Shown here: in pieces, positions 32,887 through 44,055 of the stretch
Position numbering within the stretch: position 1 is the stretch's first letter
Layout of the letters: each line of letters starts with the position of its first letter
Assembly: GCA_963729045.1 (NCBI GenBank)
Contig: CAVSMN010000009.1
Location: 128,001 to 192,000, forward strand
DNA length: 64,000 nt
Reading direction: 5' to 3'
Origin: an uncultured Nitrososphaeraceae archaeon
GTDB lineage: Archaea > Thermoproteota > Nitrososphaeria > Nitrososphaerales > Nitrososphaeraceae
The notes under the pieces: generated by a model
Database searches by the model: none
The model's input: the letters and a program-made list of their open reading frames with translations, nothing else
What the model was told of the DNA's origin: nothing
Position numbers and translations under genes: made by a program

Positions 32887-33168
32887 TCATTCTACCTCTT
32901 TTCCTGTAATTTCGAATAAATATCGGTGACCATTCCTTGTTCCGAGATATTTATAATCCTCTAGATTCTCTATTATATCGCCATCCATGATCCATTGAAA
33001 AGTTCTTTTTTCTTTTTCACTTATAGAATCATCTTCAATGCAGACTAACGTATCATGTTGATCTATGCTGAAATTGTAACCAATTACCTTGGTTCCCTTG
33101 GTTAAGAGAAGGGTAAAGGGACTTTGCTCATTAGGTCCAGGATCAAATCTATGTACTTTTAATTTCAT
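32887..33168 (-). CDS. Hypothetical protein
   Basis: 93-aa ORF ending YKYLGT...RYLFEI. Confidence 0.6.
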   Translation of the reverse strand: MKLKVHRFDPGPNEQSPFTLLLTKGTKVIGYNFSIDQHDTLVCIEDDSISEKEKRTFQWIMDGDIIENLEDYKYLGTRNGHRYLFEITGKEVE

Positions 33169-33337
33169 AAGATAAAATAACGACCTCTCTTAATTATTGT
33201 ATTGTCCTAAACTTAAGATGGTAAGTTTGATAATGATATATGATAAAGATAATTGTCTGATTAAATTAAACAGATTTTGTCATTATTAATAAGCTAACAT
33301 GACTAATCCAATGTTACAGTATTGTTAATTCATATAG

Positions 33338-33508
33338 ATGAAAAATGTTGAAAAATTAAATCTGACAATATTATTCAACAATCATACAACATCAATCAAC
33401 TTGCCTGTCAATGCGATCAAAATTGATTATAAGGCAGTACTGCATCACATACGTGTATTAAAGAACAATCTAGTCATTGAATCTGGAGAAAAATATGGAA
33501 TTCTTTAA
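33338..33508 (+). pseudogene. Degenerate ArsR-type winged-helix regulator remnant
   Basis: YNINQLA in one frame and IDYKAVLHHIRVLKNNLVIESGEKYG in another. Confidence 0.55.
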
Positions 33509-33713
33509 TTTATATCGAACCCTAGAGGCAAACATGGATGTACTCATAGAAGTCAAAAACCAAATCTATAAGAAAAAGGGAAAGAAATAAAGAATATGAA
33601 GATATGTGGAAATAACCATTTCTATCTTTTGATCTTACTAATTCATTTTAGTTCCAAACAAAAGAACATAATAGTCCTCAGATGGTAAACCATATTCTGT
33701 TGTTTCCATTCAC

Positions 33714-34304
33714 TTATTTAGTCGAGTCAACTTGTTGAGACTTTTCATGACTTTTTTGGTTCCATTTTCCGATTACAATTGACATTGAACTAATCAGTGC
33801 AGTAATAGCGTCTAAAAAGAACTGCTTGCTCAAACCATCATAAAATATAACCTTGTATAAGTTAATTAACGGGTGAGACTTGATCATAGAAATATTCTTT
33901 GGTAATATGAGACTGTCTAACTCGATATATGTTAAATCTAGTTCTTTCCCAGTAATTTGGCTTTCAATATTTTTGTCCAGTTCAAAGGTTGTTCGGATTA
34001 TAAAGCCATCATCTAAATCCTTTTGAAATTCCAAAAACAATGGAGTAGATAACCCCGACGAATAAGGCAATTGTGGTGATATTTGTGCCTGAAATTCGAT
34101 ACCTTCTGTTTTATTTTCCTTTGTGGTATCCTTTGCTTCATAGCCCCATTTTTTTAACCAATCAATTAATTCATAAAATTTTGATTCTTTTAATTTCATC
34201 AATTCAGTTCCATTTTTGCCTGCGTCTTTTTCAACCGTTATCTCCTTACTTACATTACTAGAGGTAGATTCAGCCGAAGTATCGGTATTGTTCGATGTAG
34301 ACAT
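33714..34304 (-). CDS. Hypothetical protein
   Basis: 196-aa ORF with ATG start. Confidence 0.65.
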   Translation of the reverse strand: MSTSNNTDTSAESTSSNVSKEITVEKDAGKNGTELMKLKESKFYELIDWLKKWGYEAKDTTKENKTEGIEFQAQISPQLPYSSGLSTPLFLEFQKDLDDGFIIRTTFELDKNIESQITGKELDLTYIELDSLILPKNISMIKSHPLINLYKVIFYDGLSKQFFLDAITALISSMSIVIGKWNQKSHEKSQQVDSTK

Positions 34305-34955
34305 CTTCTTAATTAAAATTAAAATATTATTTAAATAATGATTTCAATCTCAATTATGAGACTAACGATTAGTTCAATATCATAAAAGAAACTTATTTGT
34401 TCTTATCAAAGTAATCACTCTTACTAATTGAATTGAGGGAGAAAAAATATTAAGATCTCCTGTATGATAAACATACAGAATTAATTAAGAATTATAAGAG
34501 TTGATCATGTTCTTAATTCGATTCGGATCCGAAATCTCTTCATTCCAAATAGTCTATTATGAGACTAATAACATAGATGGAGCCTCTATTACTCAGGTAA
34601 TATACTGCAATCAAGGATTAACTGTAAGTTGCCATGACTATTTAATAATGATCTTTATTATCGGTTTCGATTCTACATACTGAAAATTACTGAATGTCAA
34701 CTAATAGTATTTTTAGATATTCGGAATTAGATATTATGGTAGTTAATTGGTAAGAGATGCTAACAGGAATTTCTGTTAAATGAACCGTGGTTTCAAAAAA
34801 TTGCAACCTCGTAAATTATTCCTGCAAAGATTTGAAGACATATTGTAAGCCTCATTGCATCTAGGCAATAACTAATCAATGAATACTTGGTTAGCAGATT
34901 TGAATTGAATATGGAATAAGTTTGAAGGAATTAAGCATGGAAAGTAATGAAATGT

Positions 34956-35018
34956 ATTAATTTGTACTTAATATTTCATTAATTTGTACTAATATTTCAT
35001 TAATCTGTACTAATTTTT
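34956..35018. repeat. Three imperfect 21-22 bp direct repeats upstream of the ferritin-like gene
   Basis: attaatttgtacttaatatttc / attaatttgtactaatatttc / attaatctgtactaattttt. Confidence 0.8.
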
Positions 35019-35081
35019 TATAAAATTTCATATAATATTGAAATATTTATATAAAAGAACTGTGTAACATATTTGATCAAT

Positions 35082-35567
35082 ATGGGTAAAATGTCTAAAG
35101 AAATAGCTGGACCTGGTGTTGAAGGTACAGTACAAATGCTAAAAAAAGCATATGGCGCTGAATTATCTGCATTTCATTACTTTTGGTTCGTATCACAGAA
35201 TATAGAAGGATTAGGAGTATTGCATCAGGGTTTCTTTGAAGATAGAGCAAAGGAAGAATTAGGACATGCAAAAAAAGTTGCATTTAGGTTAATGCAGTTA
35301 GAAACACAACCAACCGATGAACCATCACAATGGGAACAAGACAGTGGCCTCGGAAAGCTACAACCTTCAAGATATTTAACACTTAGAAGTGCATTGGAAA
35401 AAGCATTAGAATTTGAAAGGGCTGTAATTAAACATTATAATGATTTGGCAAATAATGTAAAAGATAAAGACCATGCAACATACCATCTTGCATTAGAATT
35501 ATTAGATGCAGAGTTGGAAGATGAACAAAACATAGAAGATATTTTAGCAAAGCTAGAAATCAAATAA
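35082..35567 (+). CDS. Ferritin-like diiron protein (DPS-like/bacterioferritin-like)
   Basis: LKKAYGAELSA, EELGHA...RLMQL, ALEFERAVIKHY, KDHATY. Confidence 0.85.
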   Translation: MGKMSKEIAGPGVEGTVQMLKKAYGAELSAFHYFWFVSQNIEGLGVLHQGFFEDRAKEELGHAKKVAFRLMQLETQPTDEPSQWEQDSGLGKLQPSRYLTLRSALEKALEFERAVIKHYNDLANNVKDKDHATYHLALELLDAELEDEQNIEDILAKLEIK

Positions 35568-35638
35568 AATATTTTTCTTTTAATTTTTGATTTAAAACAA
35601 TGATATAAATATATTGTAAAAGTACTTAGTCAGGTTGA

Positions 35639-35887
35639 CTGACACCATTTCTAAATATTCTACTTTTTTGTACAGCGTGTAAGATTAGCGTAAATTTATC
35701 GGATATTAAATTTGTTAAACTAGCAAATAATATGGCGACAATTGAAGGCAATTGTACTATTTGCGGTCTCAGGTTGATGAAGGGAAAGATTATGCCAAAA
35801 GCAGGAAAAAATCCACTCCAAAAGAGCAAAAGAAAAAATAGTAGAAGAAAATTAAGTCCTTATAATTTGTTAAAGTCGAAGAAATGA
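35639..35887 (+). CDS. 82-aa basic zinc-ribbon protein (DUF5679-like), apparent CTG start
   Basis: FCTACK...KLANNMATIEGNCTICG followed by a Lys/Arg-rich tail; not in the ORF track. Confidence 0.6.
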   Translation: MTPFLNILLFCTACKISVNLSDIKFVKLANNMATIEGNCTICGLRLMKGKIMPKAGKNPLQKSKRKNSRRKLSPYNLLKSKK

Positions 35888-35961
35888 TTTTAAATTATAG
35901 TAAATAAATGGTAAGAAAAGCAATATTATGTTTTGTGATTGATTTTCAACAAATACGTTAA

Positions 35962-36240
35962 TTAGCCATTATTTTCTCTTTTTCTATTGGATGGAAGCTC
36001 CAAACCGATAATGCCCATCATTGATTCGCCTATGGGTTCAAATATAGTTCTGAGAGATTCATCATCATAATACTTTGCTATATCAGACAACTTTGATTCG
36101 ATTTTCTTTTGTTCAATTTTTAATAAAACATATCTAGCTATAAGGGCCTTAACCTCGTCTGCTTTATCTTCCTGAATAGGATGCTTCCCTGATGAAGTAG
36201 AATTTGATGTATTAGAGGTGGTTTTAGTAGGCAATACCAA
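35962..36240 (-). CDS. Hypothetical protein
   Basis: 92-aa ORF, helical. Confidence 0.5.
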   Translation of the reverse strand: MVLPTKTTSNTSNSTSSGKHPIQEDKADEVKALIARYVLLKIEQKKIESKLSDIAKYYDDESLRTIFEPIGESMMGIIGLELPSNRKRENNG

Positions 36241-36262
36241 TTTTATTAGTTACTTCCTAATA

Positions 36263-36466
36263 CTATGGGGCATCTTTGAGGACTACGATAGGACCATATC
36301 TTATTGCCGTCTCATTTAAAGCAAAAGTCATTTGGTCGATTGAGTCAAGTATTCCATCTGTGTTTTCGCAAATATAGGTTATAAAATTGTCTTCAGATTC
36401 TTTTTCTTCATTTTCATTTATGAGTGACGATGATAATAAAGATTGTTGGTGGTCGGTAGTAGACAT
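36263..36466 (-). CDS. Hypothetical protein
   Basis: 67-aa ORF with ATG and upstream TTTAAA box. Confidence 0.45.
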   Translation of the reverse strand: MSTTDHQQSLLSSSLINENEEKESEDNFITYICENTDGILDSIDQMTFALNETAIRYGPIVVLKDAP

Positions 36467-37688
36467 TAGTATGGCCTAATTAATCCAGCCTAATATTTAA
36501 ATTGTTTCATAATATAGAATATCAAATCATGTTCTATTACCATTGCCATTACCACGGGTACAACATTATGTTAGAAAATGATAGAATTGTGGATATATTC
36601 ACATATCATCATCATTTTTGTACAGGTTAATTAATTCGCTCTTTATTAACACATTTAATAACCAGTTCATAATTGCATACAACGCTAAAAAGAAAATGAA
36701 ACTGACTTTTCATTGATAAGTTAATAATTTTTTGAATTTTTAATTAGTTCGATAATAGTTGAAATCTCAATTATCGCATTGAATTTTTTTAAGTTTCTGG
36801 TATCATAAGGGTTGTAATATGGAACGATTTAGAACTCGATATAATTATGTCTAAATTCAATTCAGGAGGTTAGATTCGTTGAATCATAAAAAACCCGTAA
36901 AATTCCATACAAGATTTGAGCATTAATTCTTTCTGCTGATAATATCTGGCTTGCACTCGGATCCATGGAATAATTCATAAATATTTATTCATTTTTGTAA
37001 TTTTGTTTTGCACCGCAGACCGAGACCAAATCTCATTTTTGAAAATCTAGATCAATATTAAATAAAACATAATCTAAAGTTAGAGCAAAGTTCCAATGAA
37101 ACCATTGGTTGACTTTGAATCGGTAAGAAAGGCTACAATCATGACATAAGTTCACATAACACTTTTTGTAGCAATATGTAACAAAATCATGAGTAGGTCA
37201 TCCGTACCTAAAATGATGCCTTGATTACTGTTTTAGTGACAAACATATCTATTGCATGTATATGTTCAATCAAACAATCAGGTATATTACTCAGAATTTT
37301 AGATTTATAGAATCAAAAACGAAAATCTAGATCAATATTAAATAAGTATTTGAGCAATTCAATGATACTACTCGGAAGTCAATAGTGCAAAGAATTTCAT
37401 CCAGTCAAACCTAATGTGATATTTGGGGAGTAATAAGGCTACAATCATGTGATAAGTATCTTCTATTGAGGAGTGTTTATGACTGAATGAAAGCAATTTC
37501 ATCCAAACGGATTTATTGATGTTTTTGAGGATACAAAAACATGGGAGGCAACTTGAGACCTTATTGACGCCTTCATTACTCTTCCACGTATCAAAATTTA
37601 AGGAAAAAGGGAGGAAAAAATTAATTACTACATAAAAATATCAACATGTCTGAATAAAAAACCAAATAGTCTAGAAATCCAGACTATT

Positions 37689-37967
37689 CTATTGTTGACC
37701 TAATGCGTTGTTACCATCATTCAAGTTGAATGACAAAGCAACGTTGTTACCAGATGCCGCAGAATCCCCATTTTCAGAGAATACTTCACTAGATTGTCCA
37801 GTAAACTGATCCTGTAAAACTCCTTGGGTCGAGTTGTTTGATTTAATCTTTTTTGCAAAAACACTTTGGTTATCGGTGTTCACATTCAATGCACCTACAA
37901 CTAGCAGTGTAGTTGTAGAAGCAATTACCACTACAAGAATCATCGATTTATTTTTTATTCTAGACAT
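37689..37967 (-). CDS. Small secreted Asn/Gln/Ser-rich protein
   Basis: Signal peptide ending VFA; C-terminus GNNALGQQ. Confidence 0.7.
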   Translation of the reverse strand: MSRIKNKSMILVVVIASTTTLLVVGALNVNTDNQSVFAKKIKSNNSTQGVLQDQFTGQSSEVFSENGDSAASGNNVALSFNLNDGNNALGQQ

Positions 37968-38583
37968 CTTAATTATATTTCACATCAAATAATCAGAGTA
38001 TTTAGATTATCGAGCAAAAAACTGTAAAATAATTCTATAACCTACCTGATTTTATATCCTAAATTTGCATGTCAAATATTGCATCAATTATTTCCTTGAT
38101 TTGCATTTTGCAGTCATAAGCTAAAATACTTAAATCCCATTTTCTATAAAAAGATACTAAACAAGGAAACAGATCATTAATAGTGAGATCATTTTTGGGA
38201 AAATAGGAAAGTGGAATGGAATGTGATATAACATAACTAGAACATCTAGATCCTCAATTCATTTTCTTTATTTTGGTAAAAGAAAATCAAGTTTGTGTGT
38301 ATAAATTTGTCATATCGTATTAGTAAAACTTTGTCTGATATTGTTATCTACATCAATCTTTGCAAAAGGGTAAAAGAAATAATCAACGATCCTCTAGTCA
38401 ATTAGCGTTACTTTCACAAATATCCCAGTAACTAAAAAACCAGCAAATTAACTTACAATATATTACTAATCATTATACTTTGGTTTATTTATATTACATA
38501 ATTACCTAGTTATTTATTTTCATGATACAAAATTAAGATAGGATCCGCTTATTGAGTAAGTAGGTAGTCTCCTACTACAAGTT

Positions 38584-39510
38584 TTAATGAGTAATAACAC
38601 CTAATTTACCATTCCTATAGTCTTCCATTGCCTGATATATCTCCTGTTTTGTATTCATTACAAAAGGACCATATCGTGCTATAGGTTCGTTTAGTGGAAC
38701 ACCTGCAATGAAAAGAAATTGTAATGATTCATTAGCATCTTTGGATGACTTTATCTTTATGTTCTCCCCGTCATTATTAAAAATAATTACGTTTCCTCTT
38801 TTTGCATACTTTTCATCATTTCCAAAAGTACCTTCACCTGATATCACATATACAAACGCATTATAGTTACTTTGAAGATGATGTATAATTTCAGACCCCG
38901 GGTTTAAGGTAAAGTGCAAATACTGAATGGGAATTTTTGTCCTAATTGCTGATTCAACGTTAAAAGCCTCTCCCGCAATTACCTTTACATGTCCACTATC
39001 CTCTAATAATTTGACAACTGGAATTTCTGAAGAAGGAATATCTTGATAATGTGGATTAGTCATTTTATCTTTCTGAGGCAAATTTACCCACAATTGAAAT
39101 CCGTGTAATCTCCCCCCTTTCTTACTGAACTCCATTTCGGGCATCTCTGAATGGATTACTCCTGATCCGGCGGTCATCCATTGAATATCTCCGGCATTGA
39201 GCTTTCCTGAATTCCCTGACGAATCCTTATGTTCAAAAATACCCTCTATCAAATATGTTACTGTTTCAAATCCTCTGTGTGGATGATCTGGTGCTCCCTT
39301 GGCTTCCCCAGGTTTGAAGTCCATTGGGCCCATTTCATCGAGAAGTAAAAAGGGATCTATATGAGATAAAGAATTGGTAGGAAATGATCTATTGACTATA
39401 AACCCATCACCTTCAGTAGTCTTTAGACTGTTTATTATTTTATTAATAGAACGATTTTTGTTGATAACTTCGTTTTGATCTGGGTGTTGCTGTTGTATTT
39501 TTTCCACCAT
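38584..39510 (-). CDS. Pirin family protein
   Basis: DPFLLLDE, DHPHRGFETVTY, QWMTAGSGVIHSE, QLWVNLP, YGPFVMN. Confidence 0.96.
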   Translation of the reverse strand: MVEKIQQQHPDQNEVINKNRSINKIINSLKTTEGDGFIVNRSFPTNSLSHIDPFLLLDEMGPMDFKPGEAKGAPDHPHRGFETVTYLIEGIFEHKDSSGNSGKLNAGDIQWMTAGSGVIHSEMPEMEFSKKGGRLHGFQLWVNLPQKDKMTNPHYQDIPSSEIPVVKLLEDSGHVKVIAGEAFNVESAIRTKIPIQYLHFTLNPGSEIIHHLQSNYNAFVYVISGEGTFGNDEKYAKRGNVIIFNNDGENIKIKSSKDANESLQFLFIAGVPLNEPIARYGPFVMNTKQEIYQAMEDYRNGKLGVITH

Positions 39511-39729
39511 TTTATTTCGTTAATCTTGTATATAACTATAGTAGTAATTTATTACTTAGTTAGTTATTAGTATTTAACCATGATTTGGCGATTTTTTGGT
39601 TGTTACCTAAAACCAAGATACACGATAACTAAATCGGATGGAATGTATTTGATACCGTAGTAATAATAACAATAAGATTATAAAATTTTAATACCTGATA
39701 AGCTATTATAATTTGGACAGGAAGTTCTG

Positions 39730-40101
39730 ATGAAAGAAGAAAAATGCGATGTAGTAGATATATGGGAGGTATTAGGAAAAAGATGGTCACTACACATTCT
39801 AAAGAATTTGAGCACTAATGGAATAATCAGATTCAACGAACTTAAAAGATTGATACCAGACATTAGTAGTACTGTTTTATCTCAAAGATTACTGGAGCTA
39901 GAAAGGGAAGGTCTAATATCAAAAAAAATTTATTCAGAAATTCCCGTTCGGGTAGAATATAGTTTAACACCTAGGACGAAAGAATTAGAGACCATTTTGC
40001 AACAACTAAATGATTGGATAAATAAATGGAAAGCATATGAGAAAAGAAAAGAAATCAAGAGTGTGACAGCGACCATATCAAAATCTGCTCCTACATCATA
40101 A
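39730..40101 (+). CDS. HxlR family transcriptional regulator, divergent from pirin
   Basis: LGKRWSLHIL...RFNELKR...LSQRLLELE...PVRVEYSLT. Confidence 0.92.
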   Translation: MKEEKCDVVDIWEVLGKRWSLHILKNLSTNGIIRFNELKRLIPDISSTVLSQRLLELEREGLISKKIYSEIPVRVEYSLTPRTKELETILQQLNDWINKWKAYEKRKEIKSVTATISKSAPTS

Positions 40102-40356
40102 AGATTATCAGCAAGTTAATCGCTGCGGGACGAGCAATCCTTTGATATGGTATATTTTTTGTAATTTTTTATTCAAGTAATTTAACATCTTTTCATTATT
40201 CCTTTATGAAATAGATCTTTGTACTAAACTTTATACTCATTATGACAGTCATATCGTTGTTAAGATTCATTCAAAAACTTAATTAGTTTACAAAAACGAT
40301 GGTATTTACTGACAAAATCATGCATGAACGCAAAGTCTTGACTTTTTTGTACTTTA

Positions 40357-41979
40357 ATGTTAATCATCTTTTCTTCAACATTTTCATCTTATATTCAGTT
40401 TTCTTATGGGGCCTATGCTAAAGCCCCTCTGTCTCCTTATGGCCCCACCGTAAATGACGATAATCTTACAGTCGAAAAGATAACGGAAGGTCTTGATTTT
40501 CCTACGAGTATGTCCTTCATTGGAAACAACGATATATTAGTAACGGAAAAAGAAACCGGTATTGTAAAGAGGGTGCTAAATGGTCAAGTACAGGAAACAC
40601 CGGCACTCGACGTGTCCGTAGCCAATAGCATAGAGCGTGGGCTTTTAGGAATCGCAGTATCTAAACAACCGGACGGAAAAACATATGTTTTCTTGTCCTA
40701 CACTGAATCCGGTAATGATGCAGACGGTAGTGATGTTGAAGACAACGTCGACCCGTCAGGCAACAGACTATATCGCTATGATTATGTCGATGGCAAATTG
40801 ATAAACCCTGTCCTTTTATTTGATTTAACTGCTATTCCCGAAAATGAAAGAGGAGAACATAATGGCGGTAAAATTCGAATTGGACCCGATAATAATGTGT
40901 ACTTCATAGTTGGAGAGGTAGGAGGTCATAGAACTCAAGCTCAAAATATCGCTGATGGTCCCGCCCCGAATGGTCTGGGAGGTGTTTTGAGGATTTCTCA
41001 GGATGGTGGAATAGTCGACCCAGGCAATCCTATTTTTGGAGAGGGATTGCCGTTGAATGTATACTATGCTATGGGTATTCGAAATAGTTTCGGTTTTGAT
41101 TTTGATCCTTTAACAGGTAATTTATGGGACACAGAAAACGGGCCTACAGTGGCAGATGAAATCAATCTTATTTTGCCAGGCTTTAATGGTGGTTGGTCTC
41201 AGGTTCAAGGCTATTTGAACCAGGATCTACTAGGGCGAGGAATAACATCTGAAGATGAACTTGTAACATTTGGTAACGGCAAATATACTGATCCGAAATT
41301 TGTATGGGTTACCACAATTGGAGCTACAGCATTAAAATTCTTGAATTCTGAGAAATTGGGTAAAGAGTATGCAAACGATATGTTTACAGGAGACATCAAC
41401 AATGGCTTGTTATATCGATTTACTCTGAATGAGGCACGTGACAATATACTTATAAATGATACTTCTCTAGGTAATGTTGCAGCACTTGCTGACAATCAGG
41501 TTGATGAGACCACCGAAAATCGACCTTTAATATTTGGACAAGGTTTCGGGGGAATAACCGATATTCAGGTTGGCCCAGACGGTTATCTTTATGTATTAAG
41601 TTATACCGGTGCGTTATATAGAATAGTACCCTTATCTGAAAGTAATATTCCCAAAAATCAACCTGATTTAGCCGCTCAAAATGAAACACAAAGTGCAGAC
41701 TCTATCCCCGTGGTCATTGCTGGATTAAAAGGTGATCAGTCATATTCACCTAACCCAATTAACATAGAAGCTGGCCAAACCATAACGTGGTACAATGGTG
41801 ATTCCATATCGCATACTGTAACTTCAGGACAGGATAATGACGGGGATGAGGGTACTGAATTTGATTCTGATGCAATCATACCTAATCAACATTATAGTCT
41901 GACATTTGATAGGTCTGGAGAATACCCATATTATTGTATATACCATCCTACAATGGTAGGCGAGGTAATAGTAGAATAG
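40357..41979 (+). CDS. PQQ-dependent glucose/sorbosone dehydrogenase with a C-terminal cupredoxin domain
   Basis: ERGLLGIA, HNGGKIRIGPD, GIRNSFG.DFDP, GPDGYLYV; then SHTVTSG...YYCIYHPTMVG. Confidence 0.92.
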   Translation: MLIIFSSTFSSYIQFSYGAYAKAPLSPYGPTVNDDNLTVEKITEGLDFPTSMSFIGNNDILVTEKETGIVKRVLNGQVQETPALDVSVANSIERGLLGIAVSKQPDGKTYVFLSYTESGNDADGSDVEDNVDPSGNRLYRYDYVDGKLINPVLLFDLTAIPENERGEHNGGKIRIGPDNNVYFIVGEVGGHRTQAQNIADGPAPNGLGGVLRISQDGGIVDPGNPIFGEGLPLNVYYAMGIRNSFGFDFDPLTGNLWDTENGPTVADEINLILPGFNGGWSQVQGYLNQDLLGRGITSEDELVTFGNGKYTDPKFVWVTTIGATALKFLNSEKLGKEYANDMFTGDINNGLLYRFTLNEARDNILINDTSLGNVAALADNQVDETTENRPLIFGQGFGGITDIQVGPDGYLYVLSYTGALYRIVPLSESNIPKNQPDLAAQNETQSADSIPVVIAGLKGDQSYSPNPINIEAGQTITWYNGDSISHTVTSGQDNDGDEGTEFDSDAIIPNQHYSLTFDRSGEYPYYCIYHPTMVGEVIVE

Positions 41980-42187
41980 AATAATCATTTTTAGAAAAAT
42001 AGTATTTGCTTTCATCAGACATATTTAACCCTATATGAACATTTATTAAAACTCCAATTCACATGATATCTAATCTGAGCGCAAAAATCGTAAAGAAATT
42101 CATGTTTGTAATTAATAATTGTTTAGGATATCAAAATTAATCGACTATAATTTATCATATATATATAATATTTAACTAAAGAGAAAT

Positions 42188-43381
42188 GTGAAAATCTCTG
42201 TATCGTTGATTTCGAAATCAGTTGTGCTAGTTTTCACTATTTATACTTTTTTGTCCTTAGTTATAGAATACGAAGTACAAGATGTTTCTAGCACAATTAT
42301 CAACGAATCTTCATTTACGTCGATAAATCCATCTATTTTGATAAATACGACAAAGGTGTCTAATTGCATACCGCAAGACATTATCGATAACAATGGTAAC
42401 AATAGTTCAACCGCATTATCCAAGACCGAAACCAACAAGACAAATGAAGCAAATATCAATAATGAGACTACAGGTATTTGTAAAATTCTTAGAGTATCAG
42501 ATTCGATCTCCTGCACTGAATATAATGGTAATCAATCTGAAATACCCTGTGAATCAAACGATTCTGATGAAGATAGTCTTAAGATAGATAATTTTGGAGA
42601 CAACGGTCATCTATTAGCCGACACAAAATTTGATCAACAATATTCATTTGAATTAAATGATCCCGTGGGTCAAGACAAAAAATTCAGAGTAACTATGGAC
42701 TTTGATAAACATACACAAAGCGAGAATAATGATATAAACTCACCTCGATTAGAGATAGTAAGAGAAGATTCAGAAGGAGTACCAGATATGTCTGCCGCAA
42801 AGAATCAGGAAATAATTTGGCATGGAAACATACATGAGTATTTTAAGGAACCTAAAGATAAATTTGAAAATGAAACATACATATCTCTTCAATTTAATAC
42901 CGGACGTCACGGAAGCAATGACCCAGATGAAGAGCGTGGCTTTGGAATATTGTTTGATGTTTCTGGCAGTAGTAACCCAAACCTATTAGAATATCGGGAT
43001 GATGGCAAGTATGTAAAATATGATTTTAATACTACAAAGGAATTAGCACAGGACAGTTTTATTTTCCATCAATTAGATAAGAATGGTAATCCCATATTTA
43101 ATAACAATCTGACAAACAAAGAAAATGTAGAACTTAAAGTAAGAACGTTGTTGACAGACAAAGATACTAGAATGATCGAAACATTTATTGATAATGGCTC
43201 GGGTAAGGAAATTCCCTATTGGACCTTAAATAATCTCTCCAAGTTAAAGGAACAAGATGATGTTGATGACCAAAACGGATTCATGGAGACTATAAATCAA
43301 GGATCTGGATATGTTATTGCACGCACTGATAACATTGATACCAGGCCCTCGTCCTTTAAGTCATTTTCTTTTGATTTGTAG
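42188..43381 (+). CDS. Exported hypothetical protein
   Basis: 397-aa ORF; N-terminal TM and many sequons. Confidence 0.7.
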   Translation: MKISVSLISKSVVLVFTIYTFLSLVIEYEVQDVSSTIINESSFTSINPSILINTTKVSNCIPQDIIDNNGNNSSTALSKTETNKTNEANINNETTGICKILRVSDSISCTEYNGNQSEIPCESNDSDEDSLKIDNFGDNGHLLADTKFDQQYSFELNDPVGQDKKFRVTMDFDKHTQSENNDINSPRLEIVREDSEGVPDMSAAKNQEIIWHGNIHEYFKEPKDKFENETYISLQFNTGRHGSNDPDEERGFGILFDVSGSSNPNLLEYRDDGKYVKYDFNTTKELAQDSFIFHQLDKNGNPIFNNNLTNKENVELKVRTLLTDKDTRMIETFIDNGSGKEIPYWTLNNLSKLKEQDDVDDQNGFMETINQGSGYVIARTDNIDTRPSSFKSFSFDL

Positions 43382-43547
43382 TATTCTATCCATCTTAATT
43401 TTACGGGCTTTGGTTTTTCAGCTGATAGGATAAAAATCAAATAAGGTCATAAACAATAATTTTTTTTGCTATAGGATGTATTAATCGATCAAGTAACCGG
43501 ATTGGTATAATATTCACATTAATAAAAAATACCATATTTAGTCCTGA

Positions 43548-43814
43548 TTATTCAAAATCAAACATCTCGTCAGGGGAGGCATCTTTACGATATTCACCCT
43601 TGTAAAAATAATAACCCTTATCTTGTCCATCACAAACATTGTTTTTTTCCGATTGATTTCTTTCATGAAGTTCAATCCCAATGTTGTTATTAGCAGCTAT
43701 TTTTTCGATTTCACCGCAATCTAACCATATACCTTTACATTCAGGGCATTTATCCAATTCCACGCAGAATCCATAGGTCAAAGCCATTTCAGAAAAACAA
43801 TTTGGACATTTCAA
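43548..43814 (-). CDS. zf-TFIIB domain protein
   Basis: CPNC...VELDKCPECKGIWLD.GEIEKI; ends FDFE. Confidence 0.85.
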   Translation of the reverse strand: MKCPNCFSEMALTYGFCVELDKCPECKGIWLDCGEIEKIAANNNIGIELHERNQSEKNNVCDGQDKGYYFYKGEYRKDASPDEMFDFE

Positions 43815-44055
43815 AATATCAAATGAATTTCTGTTGATGATATATATAAAATGATCCTATCAATTAAATTCTTAGAATAATTATTGTGATTTTATAATAT
43901 AATATAATTTCTACAAGTTCATTTCTATAATACTGGAATAATTGAATTGATAATCCATATCTATTGCTACAATTAGCTTCTGTAATTATTTTCGGCCCCA
44001 TATCATAATAAATGTCAATCAATAATCTTATTTACTATAGAGACAAATTTAATTA

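Noticed and set aside
35626..35829. Minus-strand 67-aa ORF
   Set aside because: Antisense to the better-supported zinc-ribbon frame.
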